From Eledone cirrhosa (taxonomy: Eukaryota), in assembly GCA_964016885.1 (NCBI GenBank), contig CAXHJY010000105.1:1-64000 (forward strand): a stretch of DNA of 64,000 bases. Direction: 5' to 3'. Numbering within the stretch: position 1 is the stretch's first letter; the number at the start of each line of letters is the position of its first letter. The translations under genes and the position numbers were made by a program. The notes under the pieces were generated by a model that was not told the origin of the DNA, did no database searches, and saw only the letters and a list, made by a program, of their open reading frames with translations. Shown here in pieces: positions 41,901 to 55,400 of this stretch.

Positions 41901-44900
41901 GTTACTAACACTCCTTCATTGCACTACTTTATAGGAAGTTACTAACACTCCTTCATTCCACTACTTTACATGAAGTTACTAACACTCCTTCATTCCACTA
42001 CTTTACAGGAAGTTACTAACACTCTTTCATTCCACTACTTTATAGGAAGTTACTAACACTCCTTCATTCCACTACTTTACAGGAAGTTACTAACACTCCT
42101 TCATTGCACTACTTTATAGGAAGTTACTAACACTCCTTCATTCCACTACTTTACAGGAAGTTACTAACACTCCTTCATTCCACTACTTTATAGGAAGTTA
42201 CTAACACTCCTTCATTCCACTACTTTACAGGAAGTTACTAACACTCCTTCATTGCACTACTTTATAGGAAGTTACTAACACTCCTTCATTCCACTACTTT
42301 ACAGGAAGTTACTAACACTCCTTCATTCCACTACTTTACAGGAAGTTACTAACACTCCTTCATTCCACTACTTTACAGGAAGTTACTAACACTCCTTCAT
42401 TCCACTACTTTATAGGAAGTTACTAACACTCCTTCATTCCACTACTTTACAGGAAGTTACTAACACTCCTTCATTGCACTAATTATAGGAAGTTACTAAC
42501 AGTCCTTCATTCCACTACTTTACAGGAAGTTACTAACACTCCTTCATTCCACTACTTTATAGGAAGTTACTAACACTCCTTAATTCCACTACTTTACTGG
42601 AAGTTACTAACACTCCTTCATTGCACTACTTTATAGGAAGTTACTAACACTCCTTCATTCCACTACTTTACAGGAAGTTACTAACACTCCTTCATTGCAC
42701 TACTTTATAGGAAGTTACTAACCCTCCTTCATTCCACTACTTTACAGGAAGTTACTAACACTCCTTCATTCCACTACTTTATAGGAAGTTACTAACACTC
42801 CTTCATTGCACTACTTTATAGGAAGTTACTAACACTCCTTCATTCCACTACTTTACAGGAAGTTACTAACACTCCTTCATTGCACTACTTTACAGGAAGT
42901 TACTAACACTCCTTCATTCCACTACTTTATAGGAAGTTACTAACACTCCTCCATTGCACTACTTTACAGGAAGTTACTAACACTCCTTCATTCCACTACT
43001 TTACAGGAAGTTACTAACACTCCTTCATTGCACTACTTTACAGGAAGTTACTAACACTCCTTCATTCCACTACTTTACAGGAAGTTACTAACACTCTTTC
43101 ATTGCACTACTTTACAGGAAGTTACTAACACTCCTTCATTCCACTACTTTACAGGAAGTTACTAACACTCCTTCATTGCACTACTTTATAGGAAGTTACT
43201 AACACTCCTTCATTCCACTACTTTACAGGAAGTTACTAACACTCCTTCATTCCACTACTTTATAGGAAGTTACTAACACTCCTTCATTCCACTACTCTAT
43301 AGGAAGTTACTATCACTCTTTCATTCCACTACTTTATAGGAAGTTACTAACACTCCTTCATTCCACTACTTACAGGAAGTTACTAACACTCCTTCATTCC
43401 ACTACTTTATAGGAAGTTACTAACACTCCTTCATTCCACTACTTTATAGGAAGTTACTAACACTCCTTCATTGCACTACTCTATAGGAAGTTACTAACAC
43501 TCCTTCATTCCACTACTTTACAGGAAGTTACTAACACTCCTTCACTCCACTACTTTATAGGAAGTTACTAACACTCCTTCATTCCACTACTTTACAGGAA
43601 GTTACTAACACTCCTTCATTGCACTACTTTATAGGAAGTTACTAACACTCCTTCATTCCACTACTTTACAGGAAGTTACTAACACTCCTTCATTCCACTA
43701 CTTTATAGGAAGTTACTAACACTCCTTCATTCCACTACTTTACAGGAAGTTACTAACACTCCTTCATTGCACTACTTTATAGGAAGTTACTAACACTCCT
43801 TCATTCCACTACTTTACAGGAAGTTACTAACACTCCTTCATTCCACTACTTTATAGGAAGTTACTAACACTCCTTCATTCCACTACTCTACAGGAAGTTA
43901 CTAACACCCCTTCATTCCACTACTTTATAAGAAGTTACTAACACTCCTTCATTCCACTACTCTACAGGAAGTTACTAACACCCCTTCATTCCACTACTTT
44001 ATAAGAAGTTACTAACACTCCTTCATTCCACTACTCTACAGGAAGTTACTAACACTCCTTCATTCCACTACTTTATAGGAAGTTACTAACACTCCTTCAT
44101 TCCACTACTCTACAGGAAGTTACTAACACTCCTTCATTCCACTACTTTACAGAAAGTTATTAACACTCCTTCATTCCACTACTTTATAGGAAGTTACTAA
44201 CAGTCTTTCATTCCACTACTTTATAGGAAGTTACTAACACTCCTTCATTCCACTACTTTACAGGAAGTTACTAACACTCCTTCATTCCACTACTCTACAG
44301 GTAGTTACTAACACTCCTTCATTCCACTACTTTACAGGAAGTTACTAACACTCCTTCATTCCACTACTCTACAGGAAGTTACTAACACTCCATTCCACTA
44401 CTTTACAGGAAGTTACTAACACTCCTTCATTCCACTACTTTACAGGAAGTTACTAACTCTCTTTCATTCCACTACTTTATAGGAAGTTACTAACACTCCT
44501 TCATTCCACTACTTTATAGGAAGTTACTAACACTCCTTCATTGCACTACTTTATAGGAAGTTACTAACACTCCTTCATTCCACTACTTTACAGGAAGTTA
44601 GTAACACTCCTTCATTGCACAACTTTACAGGAAGTTACTAACACTCCTTCATTCCAGTACTTTATAGGAAGTTACTAACACTCCTTCATTCCACTACTTT
44701 ATAGGAAGTTACTAACACTCCTTCATTGTACTACTTTACAGGAAGTTACTAACTCTCTTTCATTCCACTACTTTATAGGAAGTTACTAACACTCCTTCAT
44801 TCCACTACTTTATAGGAAGTTACTAACACTCCTTCATTGCACTACATTATAGGAAGTTACTAACACTCCTTCATTCCACTACTTTATAGGAAGTTACTAA

Positions 44901-47713
44901 CACTCCTTCATTGTACTACTTTACAGGAAGTTACTAACACTCCTTCATTCCACTACTTTACAGGAAGTTACTAACACTCCTTCATTCCACTACTTTATAG
45001 GAAGTTACTAACACTCCTTCATTCCACTACTCTATAGGTAGTTACTAACACTCTTTCATTCCACTACTTTATAGGAAGTTACTAACACTCCTTCATTCCA
45101 CTACTTTACAGGAAGTTACTAACATTCCTTCATTCCACTACTTTATAGGAAGTTACTAACACTCCTTCATTCCACTACTTTATAGGAAGTTACTAACACT
45201 CCTTCATTGCACTACTTTATAGGAAGTTACTAACACTCCTTCATTCCACTACTTTACATGAAGTTGCTAACACTCCTTCATTCCACTACTTTACAGGAAG
45301 TTACTAACACTCCTTCATTCCACTACTTTATAGGAAGTTACTAACACTCCTTCATTCCACTACTTTACAGGAAGTTACTAACACTCCTTCATTGCACTAC
45401 TTTATAGGAAGTTACTAACACTCCTTCATTCCACTACTTTACAGGAAGTTACTAACACTCCTTCATTCCACTACTTTATAGGAAGTTACTAACACTCCTT
45501 CATTCCACTACTTTACAGGAAGTTACTAACACTCCTTCATTGCACTACTTTATAGGAAGTTACTAACACTCCTTCATTCCACTACTTTACAGGAAGTTAC
45601 TAACACTCCTTCATTCCACTACTTTACAGGAAATTACTAACACTCCTTCATTCCACTACTTTACAGGAAGTTACTAACACTCCTTCATTCCACTACTTTA
45701 TAGGAAGTTACTAACACTCCTTCATTCCACTACTTTACAGGAAGTTACTAACACTCCTTCATTGCACTAATTATAGGAAGTTACTAACAGTCCTTCATTC
45801 CACTACTTTACAGGAAGTTACTAACACTCCTTCATTCCACTACTTTATAGGAAGTTACTAACACTCCTTAATTCCACTACTTTACTGGAAGTTACTAACA
45901 CTCCCTCATTGCACTACTTTATAGGAAGTTACTAACACTCCTTCATTCCACTACTTTACAGGAAGTTACTAACACTCCTTCATTGCACTACTTTATAGGA
46001 AGTTACTAACACTCCTTCATTCCACTACTTTACAGGAAGTTACTAACACTCCTTCATTCCACTACTTTATAGGAAGTTACTAACACTCCTTCATTGCACT
46101 ACTTTATAGGAAGTTACTAACACTCCTTCATTCCACTACTTTACAGGAAGTTACTAACACTCCTTCATTGCACTACTTTACAGGAAGTTACTAACACTCC
46201 TTCATTCCACTACTTTATAGGAAGTTACTAACACTCCTCCATTGCACTACTTTACAGGAAGTTACTAACACTCCTTCATTGCACTACTTTATAGGAAGTT
46301 ACTAACACTCCTTCATTCCACTACTTTACAGGAAGTTACTAACACTCCTTCATTCCACTACTTTATAGGAAGTTACTAACACTCCTTCATTCCACTACTC
46401 TATAGGAAGTTACTATCACTCTTTCATTCCACTACTTTATAGGAAGTTACTAACACTCCTTCATTCCACTACTTACAGGAAGTTACTAACACTCCTTCAT
46501 TCCACTACTTTATAGGAAGTTACTAACACTCCTTCATTCCACTACTTTATAGGAAGTTACTAACACTCCTTCATTGCACTACTTTATAGGAAGTTACTAA
46601 CACTCCTTCATTCCACTACTTTACAGGAAGTTACTAACACTCCTTCACTCCACTACTTTATAGGAAGTTACTAACACTCCTTCATTCCACTACTTTACAG
46701 GAAGTTACTAACACTCCTTCATTGCACTACTTTATAGGAATTTACTAACACTCCTTCATTCCACTACTTTACAGGAAGTTACTAACACTCCTTCATTCCA
46801 CTACTTTATAGGAAGTTACTAACACTCCTTCATTCCACTACTTTACAGGAAGTTACTAACACTCCTTCATTGCACTACTTTATAGGAAGTTACTAACACT
46901 CCTTCATTCCACTACTTTACAGGAAGTTACTAACACTCCTTCATTCCACTACTTTATAGGAAGTTACTAACACTCCTTCATTCCACTACTCTACAGGAAG
47001 TTACTAACACCCCTTCATCCCACTACTTTATAAGAAGTTACTAACACTCCTTCATTCCACTACTCTACAGGAAGTTACTAACACCCCTTCATTCCACTAC
47101 TTTATAAGAAGTTACTAACACTCCTTCATTCCACTACTATACAGGAAGTTACTAACACTCCTTCATTCCACTACTTTATAGGAAGTTACTAACACTCCTT
47201 CATTCCACTACTTTATAGGAAGTTACTAACACTCCTTCATTCCACTACTTTACAGGAAGTTACTAACACTCCTTCATTGCACTATTCTACAGGAAGTTAC
47301 TAGCACTCCTTCATTCCACTACTCTACAGGAAGTTACTAACACTCCTTCATTCCACTACTTTATAGGAAGTTACTAACACTCCTTCATTCCACTACTTTA
47401 CAGGAAGTTACTAACACTCCTTCATTGCACTACTTTACAGGAAGTTACTAACACTCCTTCATTCCACTACTTTATAGGAAGTTACTAACACTCCTTCATT
47501 GCACTACTTTACAGGAAGTTACTAACACTCCTTCATTCCACTACTTTATAGGAAGTTACTAACACTCCTTCATTGCACTACTTTACAGGAAGTTACTAAC
47601 ACTCCTTCATTCCACTACTTTATAGTAAGTTACTAACACTCCTTCATTGCACTACTTTACAGGAAGTTACTAACACTCCTTCATTCCACTACTTTATAGG
47701 AAGTTACTAACAC
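26939..47713 (+). repeat. Copy 2 of the 16.8-kb duplication, expanded by an internal 4,025-bp duplication
   Basis: The offset changes from 16750 to 20775 after ~40420 (CACTCCATTC 23611/44386; GTAAGT 26850/47625). Collinearity ends at the CACACC variant near 47711. Confidence 0.9.
36370..44440 (+). repeat. 4,025-bp (109-monomer) tandem duplication private to copy 2
   Basis: GTAGTTACGA 36396/40421, CACTCCATTC 37221/41246 and 40361/44386, all +4025 (109x37-8). Confidence 0.9.
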
Positions 47714-50700
47714 ACCTTCATTCCACTACTTTACAGGAAGTTACTAACACTCCTTCATTGCACTACTATATAGGAAGTTACTAACACTCCTTCATTCCAC
47801 TACTTTATAGGAAGTTACTAACACTCCTTCATTGCACTACTTTACAGGAAGTTACTAACACTCCTTCATTCCACTACTTTATAGGAAGTTACTAACACTC
47901 CTTCATTCCACTACTTTACAGGAAGTTACTAACACTCCTTCATTCCACTACTTTATAGGAAGTTACTAACACTCCTTCATTGCACTACTTTACAGGAAGT
48001 TACTAACACTCCTTCATTCCACTACTTTATAGGAAGTTACTAACACTCCTTCATTCCACTACTTTACAGGAAGTTACTAACACTCCTTCATTCCACTACT
48101 TTATAGGAAGTTACTAACACTCCTTCATTCCACTACTTTACAGGAAGTTACTAACACTCCTTCATTCCACTACTTTATAGGAAGTTACTAACACTCCTTC
48201 ATTCCACTACTTTACAGGAAGTTACTAACACTCCTTCATTCCACTACTTTATAGGAAGTTACTAACACTCCTTCATTCCACTACTTTACAGGAAGTTACT
48301 AACACTCCTTCATTGCACTACTCTACAGGAAGTTACTAACACTCCTTCATTCCACTACTCTACAGGAAGTTACTAACACTCCTTCATTCCACTACTTTAT
48401 AGGAAGTTACTAACACTCCTTCATTCCACTACTTTACAGGAAGTTACTAACACTCCTTCATTCCACTACTTTATAGGAAGTTACTAACACTCCTCCATTG
48501 CACTACTTTATAGGAAGTTACTAACACTCCTTCATTGCACTACTTTATAGGAAGTTACTAACATTCCTTCATTGCACTACTTTATAGGAAGTTACTAACA
48601 CTCCTTCATTCAACTACTCTACAGGAAGTTTCTAACACTCCTTCATTCCACTACTTTATAGGAAGTTACTAACACTCCTTCATTCAACTACTCTACAGGA
48701 AGTTACTAACACTCCTTCATTCCACTACTTTATAGGAAGTTACTAACACTCCTTCATTGCACTACTTTATAGGAAGTTACTAACACTCCTCCATTGCACT
48801 ACTTTATAGGAAGTTACTAACACTCCTTCATTGCACTACTTTATAGGAAGTTACTAACACTCCTTCATTGCACTACTTTATAGAAAGTTACTAACACTCC
48901 TTCATTGCACTACTCTACAGGAAGTTACTAACACTCCTTCATTGCACTACTTTATAGGAAATTACTAACACTCCTTCATTCCACTACTCTACAGGAAGTT
49001 ATTAACACCCCTTCATTCCACTACTTTATAGGAAGTTACTAACACTCCTTCATTGCACTACTCTACAGGAAGTTACTAACACTCCCTCATTCCACTACTC
49101 TACAGGAAGTTACTAACACTCCTTCATTCCACTACTCTACAGGAAGTTACTAACACTCCTTCATTCCACTACTCTACAGGAAGTTACTAACACTCCTTCA
49201 TTGCACTACTCTACAGGAAGTTACTAACACTCCTTCATTCCACTACTCTACAGGAAGTTACTAACACTCCTTCATTCCACTACTCTACAGGAAGTTACTA
49301 ACACTCCTTCATTGCACTACTCTACAGGAAGTTACTAACACTCCTTCATTCCACTACTCTACAGGAAGTTACTAACACTCCTTCATTCCACTACTTTATA
49401 GGAAGTTACTAACACTCCTTCATTCCACTAATTTACAGGAAGTTACTAAGACTCCTTCATTGCACTACTCTACAGGAAGTTACTAACACTCCTTCATTCC
49501 ACTACTGTATAGGAAGTTACTAACACTCCTTCATTCCACTACTTTACAGGAAGTTACAAACACTCCTTCATTGCACTACTCTACAGGAAGTTACTAACAC
49601 TCCTTCATTCCACTACTCTACAGGAAGTTACTAACACTCCTTCATTCCACTACTTTATAGGAAGTTACTAACACTCCTTCATTCCACTAATTTACAGGAA
49701 GTTACTAAGACTCCTTCATTGCACTACTCTACAGGAAGTTACTAACACTCCTTCATTCCACTACTGTATAGGAAGTTACTAACACTCCTTCATTCCACTA
49801 CTTTACAGGAAGTTACAAACACTCCTTCATTGCACTACTCTACAGGAAGTTACTAACACTCCTTCATTCCACTACTTTATAGGAAGTTACTAACACTCCT
49901 TCATTCCACTACTTTACAGGAAGTTACTAACACTCCTTCATTCCACTACTCTACAGGAAGTTACTAACACTCCTTCATTCCACTACTCTACAGGAAGTTA
50001 CTAACACTCCTTCATTCCACTACTCTACAGGAAGTTACTAACACTCCTTCATTCCACTACTCTACAGGAAGTTACTAACACTCCTTCATTCCACTACTCT
50101 ACAGGAAGTTACTAACACTCCTTCATTCCACTACTCTACAGGAAGTTACTAACACTCCTTCATTCCACTACTCTACAGGAAGTTACTAACACTCCTTCAT
50201 TCCACTACTCTACTGGAAGTTACTAACACTCCTTCATTCCACTACTCTATAGGAAGTTACTAACACTCCTTCATTCCACTACTTTATAGGAAGTTACTAA
50301 CACTCCTTCATTCCACTACTTTACAGGAAGTTACTAACACTCCTTCATTCCACTACTTTACAGGAAGTTACTAACACTCCTTCATTCCACTACTTTACAG
50401 GAAGTTACTAATAACTCCTTCATTCCACTACTTTACAGGAAGTTACTAACACTCCTTCATTCCACTACTTTACAGGAAGTTACTAACACTCCTTCATTCC
50501 ACTACTTTACAGGAAGTTACTAACACTCCTTCATTCCACTACTTTACAGGAAGTTACTAACACTCCTTCATTCCACTACTTTATAGGAAGTTACTAACAC
50601 TCCTTCATTCCACTACTTTATAGGAAGTTACTAACACTCCTTCATTCCACTACTCTACAGGAAGTTACTAACACTCCTTCATTCCACTACTTTACAGGAA

Positions 50701-52479
50701 GTTACTAACACTCCTTCATTCCACTACTTTATAGGAAGTTACTAACACTCCTTCATTCCACTAATTTACAGGAATTTACTAACACTCCTTCATTCCACTA
50801 CTTTATAGGAAGTTACTAACACTCCTCCATTCCACTACTCTACAGGAAGTTACTAACACTCCTTCATTCCACTACTTTATAGGAAGTTACTAACACTCCT
50901 TCATTGCACTACTTTACAGGAAGTTACTAACACTCCTTCATTCCACTACTCTACAGGAAGTTACTAACACTCCTTCATTCCACTACTCTACAGGAAGTTA
51001 CTAACACTCCTTCATTCCACTACTTTACAGGAAGTTACTAACACTCCTTCATTCCACTACTTTACAGGAAGTTACTAACACTCCTTCTTTCCACTACTTT
51101 ACAGGAAGTTACTAACACTCCTTCATTCCACTACTTTACAGGAAGTTACTAACACTCCTTCATTCCACTACTTTATAGGAAGTTACTAACACTCCTTCAT
51201 TCCACTACTTTATAGGAAGTTACTAACACTCCTTCATTCCACTACTCTACAGGAAGTTACTAACTCTCCTTCATTCCACTACTTTACAGGAAGTTACTAA
51301 CACTCCTTCATTCCACTACTTTATAGGAAGTTACTAACACTCCTTCATTCCACTACTTTACAGGAATTTACTAACGCTCCTTCATTCCACTACTTTATAG
51401 GAAGTTACTAACACTCCTTCATTCCACTACTTTATAGGAAGTTACTAACACTCCTTCATTCCACTACTTTATAGTAAGTTACTAACACTCCTTCATTCCA
51501 CTACTCTATAGGAAGTTAGTAACACTCCTTCATTCCACTACTTTATAGGAAGTTACTAACACTCCTTCATTCCACTACTTTATAGGAAGTTACTAACACT
51601 CCTTCATTGCACTACTTTATAGGAAGTTACTAACACTCCTTCATTCCACTACTTTATAGGAAGTTACTAACACTCCTCCATTGCACTACTTTATAGGAAG
51701 TTACTAACACTCCTTCATTGCACTACTTTATAGGAAGTTACTAACACTCCTTCATTCCACTACTTTATAGGAAGTTACTAACACTCCTCCATTGCACTAC
51801 TTTATAGGAAGTTACTAACACTCCTTCATTGCACTACTTTATAGGAAGTTACTAACACTCCTTCATTCCACTACTCTACAGGAAGTTACTAACACTCCTT
51901 CATTCCACTACTTTATAGGAAGTTACTAACACTCCTTCATTGCACTACTTTATAGAAAGTTACTAACACTCCTTCATTGCACTACTCTACAGGAAGTTAC
52001 TAACACTCCCTCATTCCACTACTCTACAGGAAGTTACTAACACTCCTTCATTCCACTACTTTATAGGAAGTTACTAACACTCCTTCATTCCACTACTTTA
52101 CAGGAGGTTACTAACACTCCTTCATTGCACTACTTTATAGAAAGTTACTAACACTCCTTCATTGCACTACTCTACAGGAAGTTACTAACACTCCTTCATT
52201 CCACTACTCTACAGGAAGTTACTAACACCCCTTCATTCCACTACTTTATAAGAAGTTACTAACACTCCTTCATTGCACTACTCTACAGGAAGTTACTAAC
52301 ACTCCCTCATTCCACTACTCTACAGGAAGTTACTAACACTCCTTCATTCCACTACTCTACAGGAAGTTACTAACACTCTTTCATTCCACTACTTTATAGG
52401 AAGTTACTAACACTCCTTCATTCCACTACTTTACACGTAGTTACGAACACTCCTGCATTCCACTACTTTATAGGAAGTT

Positions 52480-55400
52480 ACTAACACTCCTTCATTGCAC
52501 TACTTTATAGGAAGTTACTAACAGTCCTTCATTCCACTACTTTACAGGAAGATACTAACACTCCTTCATTCCACTACTTTATAGGAAGTTACTAACACTC
52601 CTTAATTCCACTACTTTACAGGAAGTTACTAACACTCCTTCATTGCACTACTTTATAGGAAGTTACTAACACTCCTTCATTCCACTACTTTACAGGAAGT
52701 TACTAACACTCCTTCATTGCACTACTTTATAGGAAGTTACTAACACTCCTTCATTCCACTACTTTACAGGAAGTTACTAACACTCCTTCATTCCACTACT
52801 TTACAGGAAGTTACTAACACTCCTTCATTCCACTACTTTATAGGAAGTTAGTAACACTCCTTCATTGCACTAATTTATAGGAAGTTACTAACACTCCTTC
52901 ATTCCACTACTTTATAGGAAGTTACTAACACTCCTTCATTCCACTACTTTATAGGAAGTTACTAACACTCCTTCATTCCACTACTTTATAGGGAGTTAAT
53001 AACACTCCTTCATTCCACTACTTTATAGGAAGTTACTAACACTCCTTCATTGCACTACTCTACAGGAAGTTACTAACACTCCTTCATTCCACTACTTCAC
53101 AGGAAGTTACTCACACTCCTTCATTCCCCTACTTTACAGGAAGTTACTAACACTCCTTCATTGCACTAATCTACAGGAAGTTACTAACACTCCTTCATTC
53201 CACTACTTTATAGGAAGTTACTAACACTCCTTCATTCCACTACTTTACAGGAAGTTACTAACACTCCTTCATTGCACTACTCTACAGGAAGTTACTAACA
53301 CTCCTTCATTCCACTACTCTATAGGAAGTTACTAACACTCCTTCATTCCACTACTTTACAGGAAGTTACTAACACTCCTTCATTGCACTACACTACAGGA
53401 AGTTACTAACACTCCTTCATTCCACTACTTTACAGGAAGTTACTAACATTTTTCATTCCACTACTTTATAGGAAGTTACTAACAGTCCTTCATTCCACTA
53501 CTTTATAGGAAGTTACTAACACTCCTTCATTCCACTACTTTACAGGAAGTTACTAACACTCCTTCATTCCACTACTTTACAGGAAGTTACTAACACTCCT
53601 TCATTCCACTACTTTACAGGAAGTTACTAACACTCCTTCATTCCACTACTCTACAGGAAGTTACTAACACTCCTTCATTCCACTACTTTACAGGAAGTTA
53701 CTAACACTCTTTCATTCCACTACTTTATAGGAAGTTACTAACACTCCTTCATTCCACTACTTTATAGGAAGTTACTAACACTCCTTCATTCCACTACTCT
53801 ACAGGAAGTTACTAACACTCCTTCATTCCACTACTTTATAGGAAGTTACTAACACTCCTTCATTGCACTACTTTATAGGAAGTTACTAGCACTCCTTCAT
53901 TCCACTACTTTACAGGAAGTTACTAACACTCCTTCATTCCACTACTTTATAGGAAGTTACTAACACTCCTTCATTGCACTACTTTATAGGAAGTTACTAA
54001 CACTCCTTCATTCCACTACTTTACAGGAAGTTACTAACACTCCTTCATTGCACTACTTTACAGGAAGTTACTAACACTCCTTCATTCCACTACTTTATAG
54101 GAAGTTACTAACACTCCTTCATTGCACTACTTTACAGGAAGTTACTAACACTCCTTCATTCCACTGCTTTATAGGAAGTTACTAACACTCCTTCATTGCA
54201 CTACTTTACAGGAAGTTACTAACACTCCTTCATTCCACTACTTTATAGGAAGTTACTAACACTCCTTCATTGCACTACTTTACAGGAAGTTACTAACACT
54301 CCTTCATTCCACTACTTTACAGGAAGTTACTAACACTCCTTCATTGCACTACTTTACAGGAAGTTACTAACACTCCTTCATTCCACTACTTTACAGGAAG
54401 TTACTAACTATCCTTCATTGCACTATTTTATAGGAAGTTACTAACACTCCTTCATTCCACTACTTTACAGGAAGTTACTAACACTCCTTCATTCCACTAC
54501 TTTATAGGAAGTTACTAACACCCCTTCATTCCACTACTCTATAGGAAGTTACTAACACTCTTTCATTCCACTACTTTATAGGAAGTTACTAACACTCCTT
54601 CATTCCACTACTTTACAGGAAGTTACTAACACTCCTTCATTCCACTACTTTATAGGAAGTTACTAACACTCCTTCATTCCACTACTTTATAGGAAGTTAC
54701 TAACACTCTTTCATTGCACTACTTTATAGGAAGTTACTAATACTCCTTCATTCCACTACTTTACAGGAAGTTACTAACACTCCTTCATTCCACTACTTTA
54801 CAGGAAGTTACTAACACTCCTTCATTCCACTACTTTATAGGAAGTTACTAACACTCCTTCATTCCACTACTTTACAGGAAGTTACTAACACTCCTTCATT
54901 GCACTACTTTATAGGAAGTTACTAACACTCCTTCATTCCACTACTTTACAGGAAGTTACTAACACTCCTTCATTGCACTACTTTATAGGAAGTTACTAAC
55001 AGTCCTTCATTCCACTACTTTACAGGAAGTTACTAACACTCCTTCATTCCACTACTTTATAGGAAGTTACTAACACTCCTTAATTCCACTACTTTACAGG
55101 AAGTTACTAACACTCCTTCATTGCACTACTTTATAGGAAGTTACTAACACTCCTTCATTCCACTACTTTACAGGAAGTTACTAACACTCCTTCATTGCAC
55201 TACTTTATAGGAAGTTACTAACACTCCTTCATTCCACTACTTTACAGGAAGTTACTAACACTCCTTCATTCCACTACTTTACTGGAAGTTACTAACACTC
55301 CTTCGTTCCACTACTTTATAGGAAGTTAGTAACACTCCTTCATTGCACTACTTTATAGGAAGTTACTAACACTCCTTCATTCCACTACTTTATAGGAAGT

